Position numbers and translations under genes: made by a program. Under the pieces are notes generated by a model. It did not search any database and was not told the DNA's origin. It worked only from the letters and a program-made list of their open reading frames with translations. A stretch of 64,000 nt of DNA from Octopus vulgaris (lineage: Eukaryota). The stretch covers positions 16,306,001-16,370,000 of the forward strand of contig OX597825.1 in assembly GCA_951406725.2 (NCBI GenBank), read 5' to 3'. Below, in pieces: positions 54,108 to 64,000 of this stretch. Numbering within the stretch: position 1 is the stretch's first letter; every line of letters starts with the position of its first letter.

Positions 54108-54173
54108 GGGTATACAGGGCTTCCTATATTTTACCCCAGTGTCACTTTGATGGCATGCACTGCTCCCTCACTC
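53903..54173 (+). mobile_element. Two identical 67-bp 3'-end copies (53903-53969, 54107-54173) of the element at 54450
   Basis: Both match ~54940-55005 and sit in TAA/TGA repeats. Confidence 0.85.
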
Positions 54174-54192
54174 AATAATAATAATAATAATA

Positions 54193-54245
<53 letters not shown>

Positions 54246-54276
54246 AATAATAATAATAATAATAACAACAACAACC

Positions 54277-54321
<45 letters not shown>

Positions 54322-54328
54322 AATAATA

Positions 54329-54372
<44 letters not shown>

Positions 54373-54385
54373 GATGATGATGATG

Positions 54386-54449
<64 letters not shown>

Positions 54450-54451
<2 letters not shown>

Positions 54452-55005
54452 GCCCTGATGCAGTACCAGGCAGTGGCTCTCATGGCTTCTGGTCTTATCT
54501 GATTGGAAGTGTTATCATGTACATTGTTTTGTCTTGGTATAAAAGATGGGCTACAGCAAATATTCTGCTCAATACCACAGATTTACTTGTCAGTTGTTTG
54601 ACCTTAACCAGTTGAGCATGTCCCTTAGTGGCTGACGATATGTGCATCTCTGATCACGAGCAGAAGTAGTGGGGGAGCATCATAGCCATGTGTTGAGAGG
54701 GATTCTTTGGGGTTTGAATAATTCACCTCTGGAAACATGGGTGTTTCATTCAACATCCTTAAACAACCCTTATTTAGGGACCTTTTGAGCGGGATGGGCT
54801 ACTCAACCTGAAGAAAATTCTAACTGGGCCCCACCTGCAAGGTCATGCGCTGTTTATCTTGATATGAGATCACCATGTCGCGCACATATGGTTGTGATGC
54901 ATGTGCCTGGTGTACCCTTATCAGACGGGTAGTCATGATGGGTATATTGGGCTTCGTATATTTTACCCCAGTGTCACTTTGATGGCATGAACTGCTCTCT
55001 CACTC
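54450..55005 (+). mobile_element. ~555-bp non-coding element inserted in (TAA)n
   Basis: Sharp boundaries with (TAA)n on both sides; truncated copies share its 3' end. Confidence 0.75.
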
Positions 55006-55055
<50 letters not shown>

Positions 55056-55063
55056 TAATAATA

Positions 55064-55128
<65 letters not shown>

Positions 55129-55518
55129 AATAATAATAATAGTTGCGTCTAATTTCGGTACAATGTCAGGAATTATGAGGTATAGGGGTTAGTATTTATT
55201 TGATAATAAAGTGAGAGGGTAGGAAATAGAATTTGAGGTGTGGAAGGATGCAAATCAATGGGAAATATAAAATATCCAGAGGGAAATATTTCAAGGAGAG
55301 TCTCTGGCTTCATTTTTTTTGTACTTTTCTTGATTAAATTGATTCTTTTGACAGCCATATTGAAAAAAAAATAAAGACCCGCTTATAAGCTTGCCGAGAA
55401 AGAGGATTAAAGAAATTATCTCGGATATATGAATAATATTAAACTATAAACCAAAAGTGAAAAATGTTTTCAAACGACAAGGATATCGGCATACACACAC
55501 ACAGAGGCACGTGCATAA

Positions 55519-55617
<99 letters not shown>

Positions 55618-55771
55618 ATATAAATACACATACACATATGCATGTATATATGTACATACATATACATATACATATATATAGTAGTAGTAACAGAAAAGAG
55701 GAATTTCGGTTGTCCCCACGTGGTGGATTGTAATGTATATAAGAAAATAAAAAATATTTTTTTTATTTTCT

Positions 55772-55829
<58 letters not shown>

Positions 55830-55858
55830 CATACGTTCATAAATTCATACATATACAT

Positions 55859-55949
<91 letters not shown>

Positions 55950-56247
55950 ATAGAATAATAATGAGAAAATTCTTGGTACAGTATTATATACATTTGAAAG
56001 AATGCGTAGAGATGGCTTCTTTGAAGAGATGATTTTCGTTTTAATCTTAATAATAATGTTTAGAGTGAGTTCCTCTGATAAGAGTTTCAAGTTTCTCGTA
56101 GCCGTTTTCAAACTGTACAATGTATGTTTTACTGGTTGCTTATATAGCAAAAGATTTTATTCTTTCAGGTATATATACAACTAATATACGCAGAAAAGAC
56201 AAAAGAATATAAAAAAATAAAAAAAGATAAAATAAAAAATATATATA

Positions 56248-56292
<45 letters not shown>

Positions 56293-56672
56293 GGCACTCC
56301 ATCGGTTACTATGACGAAGGTTCCAGTTGATCCGATCAACGGAACAGCCTGCTCGTGAAATTAACGTGCAAGTGGCTGAGCATTCCACAGACACGTGTAC
56401 CCTTAACGTAGTTCTCAGGGAGATTCAGCGTGACACAGGGTGTGACAAAGCTGGCACTTCGAAATACAGGTACAACAGAAACAGGAAGAAAGAGTAAACG
56501 AAAGTTGTGGTGAAAGATTACAGCAGGGTTCGCCACCATCCCCTGCCGGAGCTTCGTGGAGCTTTAAGTGTTTTCGCTTAATAAACACTCACAACGCCCG
56601 GTCTGGGAGTCGAAACCGCGATCATACGACCGCGAGTCCGCTGCCCTAATCACTGAGCCATTGCGCCTCCAC
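56293..56672 (-). mobile_element. SINE type C, full length, with (TAG)n tail
   Basis: A box TGGCTCAGTGA and B box-like GTTTCGACTCC; tail shared with 22955-23296. Confidence 0.9.
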
Positions 56673-56684
56673 ACACACAAACAC

Positions 56685-56927
56685 GCAGAGCATTGAGAAG
56701 TAGTGATGATGTCGGCATTTTGATACCCGGCGCGAATCATCATGATAAAGGTAACACTTTTCCTATATTCAGCTGGCTTCCAGTCCTCCATGTCAACTTA
56801 TTTTTCTCAACTACAACTTTTAATCTTTATGCTCTCCAACGCTGTTGACTGTGCCCCCAACACATGAAGGGAGTTCTGAAAATAGTAAACATAAAATTCG
56901 TCAAATTTAGCCCGAATTCTGTGTAGT
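56685..56927 (-). mobile_element. Probable Tc1/mariner 5' fragment
   Basis: MEDWKPAEYRKSVTFIMMIRAGYQNADIITTSQCS resembles a transposase N-terminal HTH; truncated at the SINE C. Confidence 0.45.
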
Positions 56928-57115
56928 TTTGACTCTCGTTTGAAGCCCTTATTTGTTTCGCTACTCACTATTGATAGAACGTCGGGCAAAATACTTTGTG
57001 GCGCTTAGCTACCTTTATTTGTGTTCCAAGGTCAAATCTCCCAAAAGTTAGTACTACCCTTCACCTTTTTCCGGGATCCTAAAATATGTAACAGCTAATT
57101 GCTGCTGTCCCTAAA

Positions 57116-57368
57116 CCAGAGAATTAACCGAGGTCCTTATGGACCTTAGAGGTCCATATAAGAGTTCGTAGTTTGAATTTATGTAAAATAAATTGCTTAT
57201 ACTTCTCCAATACACAAAATAATTTAATTCTTTTTTTATACAATTCCAAATATTTAATTAGAAAAATACAGTCGGAATTTTAAAAATACATTAAATGGCT
57301 ACGGAGATCCAGGAGAGTAAAATATGAACCAAAGGAGTTCATAGGGAAAAAAATGGTTGAGGTCCACT
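57116..57368. mobile_element. Possible degenerate hAT/Charlie-like MITE
   Basis: GGTCC/GGACC subterminal motifs and an end resembling AAATGGTTGAG..CCACT. Confidence 0.35.
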
Positions 57369-57448
57369 AAGATTATAGTCTTCTTATAAATTTGTGATCT
57401 TTTTGCCTCTATTAGATATTTTTATCCTAGAAAATCTTGATTATTGAT

Positions 57449-57796
57449 AGGCGTAGGAGTGGCTGTGTGGTAAGTAGCTTGCTTATGAACCACATGGTTC
57501 CGGGTGGGCAAGTGTCTTCTACTATAGCCCCGGGCCAACCAAAGCCTTGTGAGTGGATTTTGTAGACGGAAACTGAAAGAAGCCCGTCGTATATATGTAT
57601 ATGTATGTGTGTGTGTATATGTTTGTATGTCTGTGTTTGTCCCCCCCCCACAACATCGTTTGACAACCGATGCTGGTATGTTTACGCCCCCGTAACTTAG
57701 CGGTTCGGCAAAAGAATAAGTCCTGGGGTCGATTTGTTGACTAAAGGCGGTGCCCCAGCATGGCCACAGTCAAATGACTGAAACATGTAAAAGAGT
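57449..57796 (+). mobile_element. SINE type A with small internal deletions
   Basis: Matches type A. Confidence 0.9.
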
Positions 57797-58814
57797 ATTG
57801 TTACTAAAATGTTTTGTTTATTTCTTATTTATCAATGATCCTCCTTTTGCCGCTTCTTTTCGCTTTCTTCTCCCTTTATTTCTTCTGCTTTTCTTTTGCA
57901 CAAGCTTTTGAACTCCGTAAAAGTACGAAAGACTTTGAACTCCGTAAAAGTACGAAAGACACGTGACCGATGATCCCACCATCATTTACAGCAGCAACGC
58001 TGTGACGTCTCTCATCACTTTCTGTTCGACCAACCGCAAACCACAGAAGAGAAAAAAAAGAAAGAAAAAAAGAAAACAAGAAATGGATGAAGGGGGGAGA
58101 AAAGAAGAGACAAAGGGAAGATAATAAGCACTGCACCTGTTTCAGATTTTTCCTACAGGACACCAACTGAAAACGGGATCAGCTAATAAGAGGTGGGGGT
58201 TCGTTAGATTGTGCTGCTACTACTACTACTACTACTACTACTGTTGCTGCTGCTGCTACTGCTGCTGCCGTTGTCAATAATTTGCTGTGTTCTGAACAGA
58301 GCTCAAATGAAATAGTAGAGCCGAGGGGCTCGAAGAGCATAACGTTATTTTTCTGGCTAACCAATTAGATAATGGAAACAAGAAAAAAAGATAACTATTA
58401 AAAAATAATAATAAAAGAAATAAAAAAAAAACATAGATGTTTCATTAAAGATTTGGTCTTTGGGATATGTTTTTTTTTATTTTATCAAATTGTTTATAAT
58501 ATCTCCATAGGAACATTACTTGAAATAAAAAAAAAAGAAAAATAATTTTTCCTGTTCTGGTATTGATTGTTTGCGTTGCTACATAATAAATATGGTTCTA
58601 ATTGCGGGTATAGGCATCCCATGATGCAGGCCTACTAAGTAGGTGGAGAAGTAGCCAATGAGATTTATGTACCTTTGCCATGGATACTGTTCAACATCTT
58701 CAACATCGGTGATGGGATGCGATCTCCCAACCGTTCCGTCAATTACTTGACTTCATTTTGGCTCAGCCGCTCCGTTATCTCCATCTCATTTTTGTTGTAC
58801 ATATATACTTAGAT

Positions 58815-59127
58815 GTGGAGGCACATGGCCTAGTGGTTAGAGCAGCGGACTCGCGGACGAGGCATCGCGGGTTTGAATCTCAGACCAGGCGATGTGTGTG
58901 TTTATGAGAGAAACACCTAAGCTCCACGTGGACCCGGCAGAGAGTAATGGCGAACTTCTGCTGACTCTTTCGTCACAACTTTCTTTCACTCTTTCCTCCT
59001 GCATCTTGCAGCTCACCTGCGACAGACCGGCGTCCCGTTCCAGTGGGGAACCTATACGCCAAGGAAACCGAGAAGTCGGCCCTTATGAGCCAGGCACGAC
59101 TCGAGAAGGAACAAACAAACAACAAAC
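58815..59127 (+). mobile_element. SINE type D
   Basis: Close match to 42605-42907; (AAAC)n tail. Confidence 0.9.
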
Positions 59128-59199
59128 ATATTCTTAGATATATTATCTTATTCATTCATTCATACAGCATATATCTACACATTCATTTGAGTGTACGCT

Positions 59200-59960
59200 C
59201 GCACACCCGATACATTGTGCCCAAAAGCCTTTGTAAGGTCAAACAATATAAACATAGCTTGATTTTGCCTTATACACGTCATTGGATGTGTCTTACTACA
59301 AAGGTCTTATCAAGAGTGTCCCCTTCACAACGGAAGCGACTTTGGTTTTCTAGCCGGACACAGTGGTAAGGTGATGAATAATGCGATTCCTGAGTATTCT
59401 TGATACGATTTTTCTGGCAATTCACAGATGATTGACATATGGCTATCTCTCACCTTTGTTCTTAAACAGGTGAATGACTGTAGCATATATGAATTCTTAG
59501 GGGAATGGCACCTGCCGATTACATCAAAGAAAACAGTTCCGTTAGTTTTTCAATAACTGTTTCACAATAGGCGTGCATTTCAGCAGAAATTGAAAACCTC
59601 GTCCCGGTGCTTTATTAAAGGACAGTAATCTTATAGATTCCTGGTTACAAGGAATGTGAGAACTTCATCAAAAGCTGCATTGATAAGAATCTGCAACGGA
59701 TTCCTATAATTTATTTTGGTTGATCTGCTCAGAACATCTTCAAAGTATTCTTTATGTATTGATTCTTTTGTGATAGGCAAATTTCCATTTGTTGTGAGAA
59801 GGGGAGAAACATCAACGTCAGCTGGCCATAGATTGCTGAAAGGTTTTCCGAGAAATGTTCGGCAAATATTGTGTCACCAGAAGAACTTTCTCGAAGCCAG
59901 TGATTTTTCATAACCCATAAGGGTTTTCTGGAGAACGCTTTTACATGAACACAAGGCATT
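59200..59960 (-). mobile_element. Degenerate RTE-clade LINE, N-terminal part of RT
   Basis: Frameshifted minus translation: EKLTELFSLM*SAGAIP*EF.YATVIHLFKNKGER, IARKIVSRILRNRI, ENQSRFRC and LFDLTKAF. Confidence 0.8.
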
Positions 59961-60200
59961 AGTTTTTGTTTGTGAGAAATGGTGTGTTTGTGTGTGTGGA
60001 GTGGTGGTGGTAGTGGTGGTGGGTATTTACTGATAGCTGTAATCATTTTATTCTTTTGACATGTAATACTTTTTCATTCCTGATAGTGCCACAAATCACC
60101 TTTCCCACATAACAAGCAAATGTGGTAGGGTTTGCCAGTTGCCGACGATGACCCCTTCCCATCCTGCCACTCGTTATGCTGAGTAAAATGTTACCAGTAA

Positions 60201-60220
<20 letters not shown>

Positions 60221-60233
<13 letters not shown>

Positions 60234-60482
60234 TTCGAGACAAAACCACTATTTTGCAAAACAAACAAGGAATGACTTAATCAATACATAAAATGTGGCG
60301 GTTTATTTACTTTTTATTAAAATTTTTATTAAAATTTTATGTATTGATTAAGTCTTTCCTTGTTTGTTTTGCAAAATAGTGGTTTTGTCTCGAATTAATA
60401 TTATATAATATTTTACTATAAAATTGGATTTAATCCTAAATCTGATTTTTTCCCTGTAAATTTGGATTTATTCCCTAATATT

Positions 60483-60485
<3 letters not shown>
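60221..60485 (+). mobile_element. Insert in (TA)n with 74-bp inverted arms (Penelope-like layout)
   Basis: 60221-60294 versus 60334-60407 with one mismatch; the right arm continues into a unique tail. Confidence 0.6.
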
Positions 60486-60551
<66 letters not shown>

Positions 60552-60736
60552 AAGGGGTTTGTATGATTGTGTAATTCAAAGGAATTCCAACTCTGTTTTA
60601 TATGTTTTATTTATATTCTTTATAATATTAATGCAGAATATAGAATATATAGTATAAATAGTATATATAGTGTAAGATGAAATGAAGTATTGATTGTCGT
60701 ATTGAACAGATGAAATATTGAATATCAAATATTAAG

Positions 60737-60778
60737 GGACTAGTATACTTTCTTGCATTAAAGCAGTCTTCAAGGTCC
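60737..60778 (-). ncRNA. Variant hammerhead-like motif within a (TA)n-flanked insert (~60545-60950)
   Basis: Minus strand reads GGAC c TTGAAGA cTGC tttaat GCAa GAAA G TATA C TA GTCC, with palindromic stem III AGTATACT. Confidence 0.5.
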
Positions 60779-61018
60779 TAGGTTGTGACAGGAGTCACAA
60801 CCTGGGACCTATATATTCTGTAAATTATATTTTATAAGCTAAACGCTTATAAGGGATCACCGTGTATTGACTAAAGAAAATAGTCTAATATTGGGGCATA
60901 TAAACCCTAGACAGAAAAAAGTGGATTTTCCGTATACATATTTAACCATGAATATATATGTATATTTCTACACACAAACACACACATACACGTAAAATGT
61001 ATATATATATATATATAC

Positions 61019-61087
<69 letters not shown>

Positions 61088-61502
61088 CACACACACATGT
61101 ATGTTAACACCTTGTCTGTGCACATAATATCTTCGTAGACGGGATTTACTTAAACCCGCAGAAATAGTGGATTTATAAGCAATTTCTCCTCGGCTAGTTA
61201 AAGAGAGGACTGAATCGTTAAACAGAAGCTAATCCGGCTCATTCGTCTGGTGTTTACATCTATCTCGAAATGCAGTATCAGCTAAAAACAAAATCTATTG
61301 ATATACTCCGTAGTACAAGTATAGATCTGAAACAGAACTCTGTTAATGCATCGGTAATTCATATAAAATAATACACAAGAACATTGCTTTTCTGTTGAGA
61401 ATGTAGATATAGTGCATATCTTCTGTTTATTGATATAAGTATAATTATATTTAAAGAAAGACACATATGCATAGACAAAGACACGTATATAGGCACACAT
61501 AT

Positions 61503-61690
61503 ACTCTTTACTCTCTCTTTTACTTGTTTCAGTCATTTCACTGCGGCCATGCTGGAGCACCGCCTTTAGTCGAGCAAATCGACCCCGGGACTTATTCTTC
61601 GGAAGCCTAGTACTTATTCTATCGGCTCTCTTTTGCCGAATCGCTAAGTTACGGGGACGTAAACACACCAGCATCGGTTGTCAAGCGATG
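61503..61690 (-). mobile_element. SINE type A, 3' half
   Basis: Matches the type A tail. Confidence 0.9.
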
Positions 61691-62073
61691 TTTGTGTGTG
61701 TGCGTGTGTGTGTGTGTGGGGGGGGCAAACACATCCATACCTGTTAGCGGTTATTTTTAATACTTATATCGCTGGATTGAACGTTCGTTTCTCTTTTTGT
61801 CATCTGTGATTTTATTTTCGATCTTTTATATAAATGAAGATATTTCCTCCGTCTGGCTGTTTTTCTCTCTACAAAACGGAAAGTTACGTTGCGGAACAGT
61901 CATTTTAACGAGTTGTATTTATTTATCACCCGACGAGATACAACTGCACCACCGGATGCTCCTGAACCAGTTGTTGAGTGTCCCACACAAGAGCAATCGA
62001 TGCTAGATGTGTTGAAACAATTGTCATGATTTATTATATATTCTCGTAAATACCATCTTCTGTCTTTCATTTG

Positions 62074-62074
<1 letters not shown>

Positions 62075-62129
<55 letters not shown>

Positions 62130-62146
62130 ATATGTATGTATGTATG

Positions 62147-62217
<71 letters not shown>

Positions 62218-62712
62218 CATATATACATACACACACACACACACACACATACACAAACACATACACATATATATGTGTTGGAAGCCGATGATTATAATCA
62301 CGGCTAATGTTATCAAACGATTGCCATTAGCAAAATTACTGGGTTTCAAACATTCTCATGACATTGTCATACGCTCAATGTTATCAGCTGGTCATAGCTA
62401 TTTGAAAAGCAAAAGGCATCTTCCACTATACATACATACATACATACATACATACATACATACATACATACATACATACATACATACATACATACATACA
62501 TACATACATACATACATACATACATAAATACATACATACATACAAACATATATACATACATACATACAAACATACATAAATACATACATATATACATAAA
62601 TAAATACATACAAACATATTATATATGAAGACATATCATACATACATACATACATAAATACATACATACATACTATATATATATGTATAAATGTATATTA
62701 TATATGAAGATA

Positions 62713-62788
<76 letters not shown>

Positions 62789-62830
62789 AACCTATCTATG
62801 TGTATGTGTGTGAGAGAGAGAGAGAGAAGA
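62075..62830. repeat. TA/TACA/TCTA microsatellites
   Basis: Read directly; interrupted by a short unique island. Confidence 0.9.
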
Positions 62831-63369
62831 GAAAGAGTGAGGCAGGGAATGAGTGACAAAATATAGGTATATTTGGAAAATGCACGAAAATAATAGTTAT
62901 TTAATGAAACACACATATTTCATACATTCACAGTAAATTACACCGAGGTACATATATTCCCAAATACATACAGGAATATATACAAACAACACACACACAC
63001 ACTCACATATAGACACGTATGTATATAATGTTCTCAGCGATTTGGCCCTGATTAGGTTATCGCTCTACTTCTTAAAAGGAATAGCCAAGGACAACAACGC
63101 TGAATTAAGCTGTCAAAGACTAAATGAAAGGACAGCAATGGTCGCTGGACATCTACCGCTACCGTGACATTAGTAGAGCGCCATCTTTAATATCATCTCC
63201 GTATACGGTGTCACATTTATGGTAACAAAGCATTAATCAGGGAATTTCTTTTGAGTAGTTTAACCAGTTTCTACACCTATTTTTTGTCTACCTTTTGACC
63301 GTTATCAAACAAATACATTACCAAAAATATTATTTAAAAGTTCAGAGAAGTATTTCTCTTTAAGTTGTC

Positions 63370-63842
63370 ATTCTTCTTCTTCTCCTATTTCTTCTTCTTC
63401 TTCTTCTTCTTTCCGCCTCCTCCTCTCCCCGTCTCCCCTCCTTCCTTCTCCTCAAAGACCATCACCACCACCACCACCTCCTCCTAACACCCTCCCCTCC
63501 CCTCCTCCTCTCCTATCTCTTCTCTTCTGCTTTTTCTCTACTTCATCTTTCCCTTCTTCTTCTTCTTCTTCATCTTCTTCATCCCCTCCTCATCCTCCTC
63601 CATCCCTTTTCTCCCCTTCTTTTTCTTTTCTTCTCCATCTTCCCCTTCTCTTGTTGTTGTTGTTGTTCTTCTTCTTCTACATCTTCTTCATCTTCTTCTT
63701 TTCTCCTCCTCATCCCCTTCCTTTCTTCTCTCTTCCTTGTTAGGATTTCTGCAAAATCTTTCTCCAGCTACTTCAAAACCATTGTTTTCCTGCCATAGCA
63801 ACCGATGATTTTTCCCGAGAACATTTCTGTTCCACCATTTAC

Positions 63843-63873
<31 letters not shown>

Positions 63874-64000
63874 CTTCTTCTTCTTCTTCTTCTTCTTCTT
63901 CTTCTTCTTCTTCTTCTTCTTCTTCTTCTTCTTCTTCTTCTTCTTCTTCTTCTTCTTCTTCTTCTTCTTCTCCTTGTTCTCCTTCTTCTTCTTCTTCTTC
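63370..64000. repeat. (TTC)n and CT-rich low-complexity tract
   Basis: Read directly. Confidence 0.95.

Noticed and set aside
56070-56108. CTGATAA GAG..CTC GTAGCCGTT, a possible decayed hammerhead (similar case on the minus strand at ~410-440)
   Set aside because: Several core positions are wrong, so it cannot be distinguished from chance by eye.
57907-57960. Short exact tandem duplication (also 22-bp x3 at 23998-24064)
   Set aside because: Ordinary local slippage with no further structure.

Overview
Eukaryotic, AT-rich, very microsatellite-dense DNA. The repeat repertoire points to an octopod cephalopod (probably Octopus); this is inferred from remembered repeat families, not a database search. 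I found no host protein-coding exon, rRNA, true tRNA or CRISPR array, and almost all long ORFs in the track are translations of simple repeats. The window is a dense patchwork of mobile-element debris. It holds at least five tRNA-derived SINE types (labelled A-E here) and fragments of CR1, RTE, R4/Dong and HERO/NeSL LINEs. It also holds mariner/Tc1 remnants, Tigger-like and other MITEs, a Helitron-like and a Helentron-like element, and several mini/satellites. The most interesting signals are: (1) short Penelope-type inserts in (TA)n tracts carrying minimal type I hammerhead ribozyme folds, one inside a perfect 74-bp palindrome so that both strands encode it; (2) SINE B as one head plus 1-3 tandem 183-bp bodies, with target-site duplications that start in register with the internal GGTAT junction, suggesting a concatemeric or circular RNA template; (3) a 10-bp CCGG/AATT satellite bracketed by phased A/T tracts; (4) a (TAA)n-targeted non-coding element next to Dong-like LINE fragments.
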